NCBI RefSeq assembly: GCF_004010195.1
Contig: NC_057749.1
Location: 9,832,728-9,896,727 of the forward strand
Length of the DNA stretch: 64,000 nt
DNA from: Chiloscyllium plagiosum
Lineage: Eukaryota
Reading direction: 5' to 3'
Made by a program: the position numbers and the translations under genes
Notes under the pieces: generated by a model
The model's input: only the letters and a program-made list of their open reading frames with translations
What the model was told of the DNA's origin: nothing
The model's database searches: none
Shown: positions 42,580 through 53,757 of the stretch, piece by piece
Layout: every line of letters starts with the position of its first letter
How positions within the stretch are numbered: the first letter of the stretch is position 1

Positions 42580-43160
42580 AGTTTCAGAAATGACAGCCAG
42601 ACTACTAAGACCCCTCGGCATCCTAGTAGCGCACAAACCCACCAACACTCTCAAACAAAAACTAACAAACTTAAAAGACCCAGTACAACCCACGGACAAA
42701 ACCAACGTCATCTACAAAATTCCATGCAAGGACTGCCACAAACACTACGTAGGACAAACAGGATACACCAACACCAGCTCGCCACAAAAAGACACGATCC
42801 TCTCTCCCTCGTAACACTACTCACGGATGAAAAAAAACACCATTTCGACTGGGACAACACATCTATCCTGGGACAGGCTAAGCAAAGACATGCCAGAGAA
42901 TTCCTAGAGGCCTGGCACTCCAACCACAACGCCATAAACAAACACACAGATTTAGATGCCATCTATCAACCCCTCAAAAAAACTAACAGGAAATGACATC
43001 ACCACAAACCCCAGGAACCCCATCCAGGACAAACATATAAATAGAAAGCAGGAGACAACAGCTTTGCTTCACTTGGAGGTCGCCACTGATGATGTTACCT
43101 AGCCAGGTAATGAAACGTTTGGATATCAAACCTACAGCTCAGCGAGCAAACCTACACCCT
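42580..43160 (+). mobile_element. Penelope-like element 3' remnant (family C) inserted into a CR1 remnant (about 42020-43262, -)
   Basis: NVIYKIPCKDCHKHYVGQTG GIY-YIG; HHR at 43086; TSD aaaggaga at 42572-42579 and 43161-43168. Confidence 0.9.
43086..43119 (+). ncRNA. Minimal hammerhead ribozyme motif, family C (intact)
   Basis: cca CTGATGA T GTTACCT-AGCC-AGGTAAT GAAA CGTT tgg. Confidence 0.78.
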
Positions 43161-44327
43161 AAAGGAGATCAAAACTGCACACACTATTCTCGATGTGCCT
43201 TCACCAAGGTCCTGTTTAACTGCAACAACACATCCCTGCTCCTGTACTCAACCCCTCGCAATGATGCAGGGATGGTGTTGGAGTTAAACTGTTTACTGTA
43301 TTATGACAGTGATGTTCGCATTGAAAAGATGGGTTGGTCAGCTTTGCCTGTGCAAGTCAAGACAAGAAAAAAAAAATCTTTTGTAATTTTCCTTATCTAT
43401 GATGTTGAGAGTGCATTGCTGAGATCTGAAGCTTATTAAGCCTCATCCAGCGGTAGATGTTTCAAATTGGAGACACGGCTAGACAGGATATTGCGAAAGA
43501 AAGTGACTGTAGCATGCGTAATAAACTTTATACAGCCAATTGTTTTGCAACATTTCCTGGACTCAACTTCCAGGAGGTTTGTCTCTTCTCTGTCATTGTT
43601 TAGTTGTGCTATTTTAACTTGTTACCCTTATAAGGAATATTTTGATAATTTAAGTTGTTTCAGGCCAGATTTCAAATGGATTTCATCACAAGTCTTGATA
43701 TTTGCTCAAGCAACTTGTTCAGAGACGTTATTTCAGGCCCCTGGGCCTCCTGGCTCAGAGGGCGGGGCTTACCACTGCACCACAAGAGCCTCAATTGATC
43801 ACCCGTCCTAAGTAACTTGAGAATTGGTTTTAATTGCTTAAGTACTTGAGCTGATTGGAACACCCAGATAGTGGCAACTGTTCATAGTCAGAATAGATTG
43901 TAGTCATCAAGCCTACAGATCTTGACTATACACCCTATCCATGCCCCTCATGATTTTCTTCATCTCAGCTTCTAGGGCAAATAGCCCCAATCTATTCAGT
44001 CTCTGCCGATAGCTCATGCCCTCAAACCCGGGCAAAAATTAAAGCTGACGCTGTTGCTGCCTTCAATCAGAAAATGATTTAGTTTGAAGACGATACTCAA
44101 CAAAAATAGCATGTACCAATTTTTTTTCTGATGTTCCTGAGGAATTGAATAGCCATCAAGGCACAGCATGGTGATTTACTGTTAAAAAGGACAGAGTTCA
44201 AATGCCTTGGTGATTGCCCCTGTTAAATGAGTATAAGTGTCATGTGTTTTATCAAATTAAGTGGCTTTTTCTCCCATCTGTTCTGTTCAGGTCCCCATGG
44301 TTTTCCTTTACAACACAGATGATAATT

Positions 44328-45995
44328 AGAGTCATAGAGTTGTACAGCAAGGAAACAGAATCCAACTCTGTCTCTGCTGACCAGATATCTTAGATTTATC
44401 TAGTCCCATTTGCCAGCATTTGGCCCATATCCCTCTAAACTCTTCCTATTCATGTACCCATCCAGATTCCTTTTAAAATGTTGTAATTGTACCAGCCTCC
44501 ATCACTTCCGTACAAGCACCACCCTCTGCGTGAAAAAGTTGCCCCTTTGGTCCCTTTTAAGTCTTTCCCCTCTCACCTTAAACCTATGCCCTCTAGTTTT
44601 GGACTCCCCCGTCCCTGGGGAAAAGATCTTGACTATACACCCTATCCATGCCCCTCATGATTTTCTTCATCTCAGCTACTAGGGCAAATAGCCCCAATCT
44701 ATTCAGTCTCTGCCGATAGCTCATGCCCTCCAACCCGGGCAACATTCTTGAAAAATTTTTCTGAACCTTTGCAAGTTTACCATCATCTTTCCTACAGCAG
44801 GAATGCCAGAATTGAATGTAGTATGCCACAAATGCCCTACGCAATATCCTATACAGCTGCAACATGACCTCCCGACTCCTAATCTCAATGCACTGACCAA
44901 TAAAGGCGAGCGTACCAAACACCACCTTCACCACCCTGTCTACCTGCATCTCCACTTTCAAGGAAATCTGAACCCACACTCCAAGGTTTTTTTGTTTGGC
45001 ACACCCCCCAGGACCTTGCCATTAAGTGTGAAAGTCTTGTCCTGATTTGCCCGACCAAAATATAGCACCTCACATTTATCTAAATTGAACCTGCATTTGC
45101 CACTCTCAGCCCATTGGCCCATCTGATCAAGATGCTGTTGTACTCTGAGATAACCTTTGCTGTCCACTACACCTCCAATTATCTGCAAACTTCCTAACCA
45201 TACCTTAGATGTTCATATCCAAATCATTTATATAAATGACGAAAAGCAGTGGACCCAGCACCAATCCCTGCAGCACGCTGCTGGTCATTAGCCTCCAGTC
45301 TGAAAAGCAGCCTCTACCACTTCCCTATCTCTTTCCTCCCTTTGAGCAAATTTTGTATCTTAAAGCTAGTTCTCCTTGTACTCCATGTGATCATACTCCA
45401 TGTGATCTAACCTTTTTAACCAGTCTACCATGTGGACCTTTGTAGAGTGCCTCACTGAAGTTCATATAGACAACATCCACTGCTCTGCCCTCATCAATCC
45501 ACTTCGCCACTTTAAAAAACTTACTTAAATTTCTGAGACATTGTTTCCCATGCACAAAACCATGTTGACTGTCCTTGCCTTCCCAAATACATGTAAATTC
45601 TATCCTTCAGAATCCCCTCCAACAACTTACCAACCACTGATGTTATGTTCACCAGTCTATAGTTCCCTGGCTTTTCCTTACCATCTTTCTTGAGTAATGG
45701 CACCCCCTCCCGTGGTTATCGATGGTGCAAATATCTCAGCAAGGGATCCAGTAATCATTTCCCTATCTTCCCTCAAAATTCCAGGGTACGCCTGATAAGG
45801 TCCTACGGATTTATCCACCTTTGTGCATTTTAAGACATCCACCACTGTAATATGGACACTTTTCAAGATATCACAATTTATTTCCCCAAGTTCACTATTA
45901 TCCATATCCTTCACCTTCCATATCCTTCTCCACATTGAATATTGATGCAAAATACTTGTTTAGTATCTCCCCCATCTCGTGCGGTTACACACATG
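44328..45995 (-). mobile_element. CR1 LINE ORF2 remnant
   Basis: KPGNYRLVNITSVVGKLLE and FNLDKCEVLYFG motifs; 3' tail. Confidence 0.9.
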
Positions 45996-46554
45996 GCATG
46001 TATTTTGAAAATGGGGAGTGACCAAACTCTTGATTAAAAAAAGACTAAAGTGTTAAAATATCAATTAAGTTGGGAGAAATGATTGCAAATAGAATGTACT
46101 ATGTGCAGCATTTCAGTAAGTGCCAAGAAAGGGATAAAAGCAATTGTGGGGACCTTGGAGGGTAACCAAACACTGGTGACAGAGATGGGAAGACTTTTTG
46201 AATCTTAAGAATTCGAGAAAGAAACTATGTAAGTACAGGGACGAAGATGGTTTGTGGATGGAGAATGAATAAGGATCCTACCTCTGAGCCAGGATGCCTG
46301 GGTTCAAGACCCACCTGCCCCAGAAGCGTATAATTACATCTCTGAACAGGTTCTTTGGCAAATACCTACAATGGAACAGGGCTGCCTATTTCTTGTTGTC
46401 ATAGAGACAATTTATAAGGCAGAATACATATATCACGAGGACACCTAAAGAAAGTCGTACCCATTTTAGGATAAACGAAAGGGTTGAGTTCTGATAGAAT
46501 TTCCCTTCTGAACAGTTGATATGAAGAAATCACACTGGATTGGAGGTATAACTT

Positions 46555-46790
46555 CATAGAACATCGAATGTTACAGCGCAGTACGGCCCTTCGGCCTTCA
46601 ATGTTGCGTCGACCTGTGAAAATAACCTGATGCCCATCTAACCTACAGTGTTCCATTATTATCCATATGTATGTCCAATGTCCATTTAAATGCCCTTAAT
46701 ATCAGCAAGTCTACCGCTGTTGCAGGCAGGCCATTCCTACTCCTCTGAGTAAAGAAACTACCCCGATGTCACTTCCTTTAAATCTATTTG
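46555..46790 (-). mobile_element. CR1 3' end, second subfamily (also at 57992-58568 and 63380-63710)
   Basis: catagaacat..acggcccttcggc tail shared with the other copies. Confidence 0.75.
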
Positions 46791-47094
46791 ATTTCATGTC
46801 CAATTACCATTTTCTAAGGTCAGTTTTAATGTTTTAGAATTAGATTTTATTGTCACGTACTCAGGTACAGGGAGTATAGTGAAAACTGTACAATGTCACA
46901 CTCCTGGCACCATCTTGGGTACAAAGGTACCTATGTACAAAATCTTAGGTATAAAGTAGAAAAATAAGAAAATATAGTTAAAAGTTCAACATTAAAGTCT
47001 TCCTTATAAAGTAGAGAAGTAAAAAAAAAGTTTATACTAAGAAAGACTTTAGTGTTGAACTTTTAACTATATTTCTTTATTTTTCTACTTTATA

Positions 47095-47540
47095 GAGTCA
47101 TAGAGATGTACAGCACAGAAACAGATCCTTCGGTCCAACCCGTCCATGCCAATCAGATATACCAACCCAATCTAATCCCACCTGCTAGCACCTGGCCCAT
47201 ATCCCTCCAAACCCTTCCTATTCATATACCCATCCAAACGCCTTTTAAATGTTGCAATTGTACCATTCTCCACCACTTCCTCTGGCAGCTCATTCCATAC
47301 ACATACCACCCTCTGCATGAAAACGTTGCCCCTTAGTACTCTTTTCTATCTTTCCCCTCTCACTCTAAACCTATGCCTGGACTCCACCACCCCCAGGAAA
47401 AAACACTTTGTCTATTTATCCAATACCTGCCCCTCATGATTTTGTAAACCTCTATGAGGTCAACCCTCAGCTTCCGACGCTCCAGGGAAAACAGCCCCAG
47501 CCTATTCAACCTCTCCCTATAGCTCAAATCCTCCAACCCT
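47095..47540 (-). mobile_element. CR1 3' end inserted in a palindromic element
   Basis: GLEDLSYRERLNRLGLFSLERRKLR on the minus strand. Confidence 0.9.
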
Positions 47541-49724
47541 ACCAAAGATTTTTTAACCTAGGTACCTTTGTACCTATGATGGCACAGACACTGTGACATT
47601 ATGGAAAAGTCAAGAAATAAAGTTAGAAGTTTGACATTGTAACTCTCAAGTGCTGAGCTCCGACTCCCCACAAGGGTTCAATGTCCTCCGCATTGGGCTC
47701 CATCTCCCCATGCTCGATGCCGGGGGACCTCTATCATCACCGCCTTGGGCTCACTCTCTCGCTCTTCCCCGCCCTCTCTCACCGTCCCCTGCGCTGGCTC
47801 GATCTCTCCATAGAAGGTACATAGATTAAAATAAGACAAACAAAAAACTGTGAAGCAAGAAAAAGGAAAAGTGGGTGATTGGATCTGTGCAGGAGCTTAC
47901 AGGTTGTGTTGCTACTTCACTGCTATCTTGGATATCAAAAAAAAATCATTGTGTATAAAGTTAAAGAACAATAGTTATAATTATATTTGATTGTCTATAA
48001 TTCAGAATTGATTCTTGCAATATTGTTAAGTATAAAATAGTTGTTGTTTCCCACTTAAATTCTCATGAGGCCATGTCCACACATCAACATTGAGAAGTTA
48101 GAATTGTCAGTGCTGATAATTGAGAAACTTAAAAAAAACAATTGTTTCTGCTACAATGTACTTAATTACGTTCCACCCTGAGATAACTGTTCTGGTTTTA
48201 AAACTGCTTAAGGGAACAAAGATTTCATTATTGGACCCCAGTCTATAGCCATTAAATCTAAGTCAGGCAGCTTTAAAGGACTGCAAAGGCTGGAAATCTG
48301 AATCAAAAGCAGAAATTGCTGGAGAAACTCAGCAAGTCTGGCAGCGTCGTTAGAGAGAGAGAAACAGAGTTAACATTTTGAGTTCAGTGACCTTTCTTCA
48401 GAACCCTTAACCTCTGCGTTTTGCTCACTTTTTAAGACAATCCTAAAAGTCTAGCTCTTTCTCCAACCAAATATTTCATCTGAATATCTCTCTGCAGCTA
48501 AAAAAAAGTGGTTATTGATTCTTATAAAATCTTTTGGGACATTTTATGATTGTAATCATGCTATGTAAATGCAAGTTAATTTGCTATCTACTCTGGTTAA
48601 CCCAACAAGTGTTCAAAGTCTTGAATTGCTGTAAGATTCCCTTACGTACATGCTAGAGGAGATGAATTAGTTAATGACTTGTTGTGGGTAATGCTGGAGG
48701 AGATAGACTAATTAAAATCTTCCTGTTGGTAACATTGTTGCGCTGAACACTGAAATTCATGAAAAAAAGTGATTCGTTGCTTATCCTGTTGCAACTTAAA
48801 AAAAAAGCATTTCCTGCGGTAGATCTTGAGCAAGGTCACAGCAGATTCATTTGTGCTCTGGGATTGTACATGATGAAAAAGCGCTGAATGATAAATGTGG
48901 GCAAACCATGAGGCTGCTACATGGTGAGCATTCAGGCTCAATGCAATATGGCACAGATGTGTGGACTTGTGTATATTTTCTCTGCCTGCTCCATTCTGTT
49001 CTGCTTTGCCAAAGTTCCCTGTTTGCATTTTCCCTGTATCTTCGATGGTGTTCTACGCTTCCATGTTGATTTCTGACTTCATCATTGTAATGCAATTTAG
49101 AATTGATTCTTGCAAGAAAGTATAAAATATTTGTCCACCACCTAAATCCTCATCTACAATTCATAACGGCACAGCAATATTCTAAAATTCTTATGTCAGG
49201 ATTCTCAGTGCTGATATTGATAAACTTAAAGAATGTTGTTTCTGCTACAGTATATTATAGATATATTCAATCCTTAGATAACTCATGGTTTGACAACCGC
49301 TTGGGTGGTAAAGACATTTCATTATGGGACTCAGTCTATAATTGCTAAAACTAACCCAGTCAGCTGTGAATGTAGAAATTGCTGGAGAAACTCAGCAGGT
49401 CTGGCAGCATCTGTGGAGAGAGAAAGCAGAATTATTGTTGAAGAATCCAGTGACCCTCCTTCAGAACGCTAAATCTCTGCCTTTTGCTCCCTTTTTTAAA
49501 AAAAGATAATCCTTAAAATCCAGCTCTTTCTCCAACTAAACCTGTTCATTCTAATGTCTCTCTGTGGCTGAAAAAAAGTGGTAATTGATTCCTATAGTGT
49601 GCTTTGGGAAAATTTGTTAGTGTGACTTGTTATGGACCAGACTAAACTCCCTCAAAATATATTCTGGATTAGTGGTGCTGGAAGAGCACAGCAGTTCAGG
49701 TAGCATCCAAGGAGCTTCGAAATT

Positions 49725-49752
49725 GATGTTTCGAGCAAAAGCTCTTCATCAG
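49725..49752 (-). ncRNA. Hammerhead motif, family A, at the 3' end of an RT-coding PLE
   Basis: Reverse complement: CTGATGA A GAGC-TTTT-GCTC GAAA CATC. Confidence 0.68.
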
Positions 49753-50097
49753 GAATAAAGGCAGTGAGCCTGAAGCGTGGAGAGATAAGCTAGAGGAGGG
49801 TGGGGGTGGGGAGAAAGTAGCATAGAGTACAATGGGTGAGTGGGGGAGGGGATGAAGGTGATAGGTCAGGGAGGAGAGGGTGGAGTGGATAGGTGGAAAA
49901 GGAGATAGGCAGGTAGGACAAGTCCGGACAAGTCATGGGGACAGTGCTGAGCTGGAAGTTTAGAACTAGGGTGAGGTGGGGGAAGGGGAAATGAGGAAAC
50001 TGTTGAAGTCCACATTGATGCCCTGGGGTTGAAGTGTTCCGAGGCGGAAGATGAGGCATTCTTCCTCCAGGCGTCTGGTGGTGAGGGAGCGGAGGTG

Positions 50098-51081
50098 NNN
50101 NNNNNNNNNNNNNNNNNNNNNNNNNNNNNNNNNNNNNNNNNNNNNNNNNNNNNNNNNNNNNNNNNNNNNNNNNNNNNNNNNNNNNNNNNNNNNNNNNNNN
50201 NNNNNNNNNNNNNNNNNNNNNNNNNNNNNNNNNNNNNNNNNNNNNNNNNNNNNNNNNNNNNNNNNNNNNNNNNNNNNNNNNNNNNNNNNNNNNNNNNNNN
50301 NNNNNNNNNNNNNNNNNNNNNNNNNNNNNNNNNNNNNNNNNNNNNNNNNNNNNNNNNNNNNNNNNNNNNNNNNNNNNNNNNNNNNNNNNNNNNNNNNNNN
50401 NNNNNNNNNNNNNNNNNNNNNNNNNNNNNNNNNNNNNNNNNNNNNNNNNNNNNNNNNNNNNNNNNNNNNNNNNNNNNNNNNNNNNNNNNNNNNNNNNNNN
50501 NNNNNNNNNNNNNNNNNNNNNNNNNNNNNNNNNNNNNNNNNNNNNNNNNNNNNNNNNNNNNNNNNNNNNNNNNNNNNNNNNNNNNNNNNNNNNNNNNNNN
50601 NNNNNNNNNNNNNNNNNNNNNNNNNNNNNNNNNNNNNNNNNNNNNNNNNNNNNNNNNNNNNNNNNNNNNNNNNNNNNNNNNNNNNNNNNNNNNNNNNNNN
50701 NNNNNNNNNNNNNNNNNNNNNNNNNNNNNNNNNNNNNNNNNNNNNNNNNNNNNNNNNNNNNNNNNNNNNNNNNNNNNNNNNNNNNNNNNNNNNNNNNNNN
50801 NNNNNNNNNNNNNNNNNNNNNNNNNNNNNNNNNNNNNNNNNNNNNNNNNNNNNNNNNNNNNNNNNNNNNNNNNNNNNNNNNNNNNNNNNNNNNNNNNNNN
50901 NNNNNNNNNNNNNNNNNNNNNNNNNNNNNNNNNNNNNNNNNNNNNNNNNNNNNNNNNNNNNNNNNNNNNNNNNNNNNNNNNNNNNNNNNNNNNNNNNNNN
51001 NNNNNNNNNNNNNNNNNNNNNNNNNNNNNNNNNNNNNNNNNNNNNNNNNNNNNNNNNNNNNNNNNNNNNNNNNNNNNNNNN
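50098..51081. other. Assembly gap (N run)
   Basis: 984 Ns. Confidence 1.
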
Positions 51082-51513
51082 TATGTGGGGGGTTCCTGGA
51101 CTAGGGGGGATAGGACAGTGTCGAGGTAGGTAGGGGTGAGTTCAGTGGGGCAGGAGCATGCTGAGACAATGGGTCGGCCAGGGTGGTCAGGCTTGTGGAT
51201 CTTGGGAAGGAGGTAGAACCGGGCTGTGCGGGGTTCCTGGACTATGAGGTTGGAAGCAGTGGGTGGGAGATCTCCTGAGGTGATGAGGTTCTCTATGGTC
51301 TGGGAGGTGATGGTTTGGTGATGGGGGGTGGGGTCATGGTCGAGGGGGCAGTAGGAAGAGGTGTCCTCGAGTTGGCGTTTGGCTTCAGCGGTGTAGAGGT
51401 CAGTGCGCCAGACTACCACTGCGCCCCCCTTTATCTGCTGGCTTGATGGTGAGGTTGGGAGCCTCGACCCAACTTTTTCTTATTTTAGGCTAGTTGCAGG
51501 CATTTCATTCTGG

Positions 51514-51645
51514 CTGGCGAAAGTGGGTACTGCAGATGCTGGAGATTAGAGTCAAGATCAGAGTGGTGCTGGAAAAGCACAGCAGGTCAGGCAGCATTTG
51601 AGGAGCAGAAAAATCGACGTTTCGGGCAAAAGCCCTTCATCAAGA
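51514..51645 (-). mobile_element. Solo family A HHR terminal unit with a 12-bp TSD
   Basis: TSD atttcattctgg at 51502-51513 and 51646-51657. Confidence 0.82.
51616..51643 (-). ncRNA. Hammerhead motif, family A (first core C mutated to T)
   Basis: Reverse complement: TTGATGA A GGGC-TTTT-GCCC GAAA CGTC. Confidence 0.55.
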
Positions 51646-51904
51646 ATTTCATTCTGGATGCAATTTGATTGGCCAAACAACCAGTCTTAAAGCAAAACAT
51701 ACTTTGTTCGTGCATAATAGTTAAAAATACAAAAAAAGAAAGGACTGGAATAACTTTAATGGAAAACTTAATGGAATAATAAATCACTTAACCATTAAAC
51801 AGTAACTTTCAATATCCCTTAAACACACCCAAATTCAGTAAAATAGATGGTCTCACATGCAATTCTTCAGTCCAGAAGGAAAAACATGAAGAGAAAACTC
51901 TGAG

Positions 51905-52092
51905 AAAGAGTTAAAAATCACACAACACCAGGTTATAGTCCAACAGGTTTAGTTGGATGTACTAACTTTTCAAAGACTGCTTTTGATGAGAGAGAAGCGC
52001 TCCCTCCTGCTTCCACCATGATGGACTATGACCTGGTGTTGTGTGATTTTTAACTTTGATCATCCCAGTCCAACACCGGCTCCTCCAAGTCC
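51905..52092. mobile_element. Decayed family B fold-back element
   Basis: Arms agttaaaaatcacacaacaccagg / cctggtgttgtgtgatttttaact; HHR core destroyed. Confidence 0.72.
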
Positions 52093-52288
52093 TGAGAGAG
52101 AGAGAGAGTAGTGGGGAGACATGTACTGCAGCTACTAGACCCAGCAACTGCTGTTAAAATATTAAAAGTCCTGGCTCTGTGAGAGCTTGACACTCCCCTT
52201 CAGGCTGCTTCTATTGTTCCAACTTTAAAAACCCAAGGCCTCTCAAAAATGTTTACTTTCTTCGTTCTGACTGGACCAGTTGGTACCT

Positions 52289-52430
52289 CTTTCTGATTCC
52301 TGATGAAGGGCTTTTGCCCGAAACGTCGATTTTCCTGCTCCTCGGATACTGCCTGACCTGCTGTGCTTTTCCAGCACCACTCTAATCTAGACTCTGATTT
52401 CCAGCATCTGCAGTACCCACTTTTGCCCAA
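52289..52430 (+). mobile_element. Solo family A HHR terminal unit with a 9-bp TSD
   Basis: TSD ttggtacct at 52280-52288 and 52431-52439. Confidence 0.82.
52300..52327 (+). ncRNA. Minimal hammerhead ribozyme motif, family A (consensus-perfect)
   Basis: CTGATGA A GGGC-TTTT-GCCC GAAA CGTC. Confidence 0.8.
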
Positions 52431-52769
52431 TTGGTACCTGTTTAAATTTCATTTAAACCACATTATAATTCATTCTGCTACTGGAATAAATAAATCCTTT
52501 GATTTGCACTACAGACTCTCCACCAGTTCTCGACCTAATTAGGGGTTAGTTGATTGTTGGATGACCCTGCAGATGCTAACGAAGTGCTTAGGGCAATTTA
52601 TATTTTCATTTCACGATCTGAAAGACCTTTAAGCCCGGGTCCAGCTTGTCCGTTGAATAAATGCAAATTAGATCATTGGGGGAAGAAGCAACTTTTATGA
52701 AAAGACCTAAGCAAATTTATAATCTTCGACTATCCTAGTATATTTTAATATCCCCGATGCAATTTGTCT

Positions 52770-53260
52770 CGTCCTATTTGCCACGTTATTTCAAAGAGTT
52801 ATATTTAGAAAATGTGTGTGTGTTGGGGGGGGGATTGTTTTAAAAATAACTTCAAGTTTGAACCTTTTGTAGAGGAGGTTCTAGGTAACGATGTATTTTG
52901 GTACAGCTGGATGTAGCCTATGTTAGTGCAAGGGACCCTGAGCAATGAACTAACTTGGGAGCTTGTTGGCTCTTGAGCCAAGCAGCGGCAGCCAATGGCT
53001 TGCTGCCGAGTAGCTCTCCCATGTGGGACCGGTGGCGCTTGCGGCGCAGTGGAGGGCGAGCGAGCGAACGATGGTTGTGTGTGTGTTGCTCCTGTTGGCC
53101 TGGCTCCCTGCTCCCATCCTCAGCCTGAAGCCAGTGAGCGCCCACCGCCGCTTCGAATACAAGCACAGCTTCAAAGGTCCGCACCTGGTGCTGCAAGATG
53201 GTACCATCCCTTTTTGGACCCACCACGGCAGTAAGTTCTACAAACCTTTCCCGGGGGAAG
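52770..53260 (+). promoter_or_regulatory. Promoter and small CpG-rich island of the LMAN1L gene
   Basis: Local CpG enrichment at about 52960-53260; CCAAT at 52992-52996; TGCCACGTTA at 52779-52788. Confidence 0.55.
53071..53230 (+). CDS. LMAN1L: LMAN1-like (ERGIC-53 family) lectin exon 1: signal peptide plus start of the lectin domain, MVVCVLLLLAWLPAPILSLKPVSAHRRFEYKHSFKGPHLVLQDGTIPFWTHHG
   Basis: ATG in strong Kozak context (acgATGg), hydrophobic leader, HRRFEYKxSFKGPHL motif, gtaagt donor at 53231. Lies downstream of CSK on the same strand, as human LMAN1L does. Confidence 0.88.
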
Positions 53261-53757
53261 GGCAAATTCCAAACTTTGCAAGCTCATTTACAAACTACTT
53301 CTCCAGTGTCTCTCTGCAGCCACTTGTGCTGGTGTGTGCAGTAAAACTAGCAAAACAATGTTTGAGGGTCGGACATACGGTGGGTTGTTTGTTTTAAATT
53401 TTCTGAGCTCTTGCTGTGAGTTTTCTGCAGTGACACTGCTGGCCAGGAAGTTTCCTCATGAAATCTTCCTCCTTTTCAATATTAGCTGCTGCTTAAAACC
53501 TGGTGTCTCTTTTACACGTGCACCGCACACCTCTGTGGGGGCTATCAGTTACACATTGTTTCTGTACAAAAGTTCTCATTCTGTAGTGTGGGGCATTCTA
53601 TCTTTTAGAAAATTGCTGTTACCATACTGAATAAAATTACACGGCCCGGATATGAACCTGGCCTTAAAATGATGTGAATTCAGATAAATATTAGTGGACT
53701 ACCAAACATAGGTACAGAAGTCTGATGGTATTCAGCCTCTGCAGTTTACATTCTGGA

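Larger units (their letters stand above)
49661..51460 (-). mobile_element. Penelope-like element with RT N-terminal region and family A terminus (centre lies in the gap)
   Basis: RQL..Y..LDHDPT..PRTARFYLLPKIHKPDHPGRPIVSACSCPTE is typical PLE RT; 3' HHR. Confidence 0.92.

Noticed and set aside
32915..49470. Further HHR-like remnants near 32915-32945, 38281, 48370-48400 and 49440-49465
   Set aside because: The core or GAAA is deleted or mutated; treated as relics and not called as ribozymes.
49866..51419. 517-aa, 366-aa and 360-aa ORFs in the ORF track
   Set aside because: Their length comes from the 984-N gap; only the minus-strand N-terminal part is real PLE RT sequence.
53023..53397. ORF-track model of LMAN1L exon 1 as a 124-aa protein
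   Set aside because: It starts at GTG and reads into the intron; ATG 53071 and the donor at 53231 fit better.
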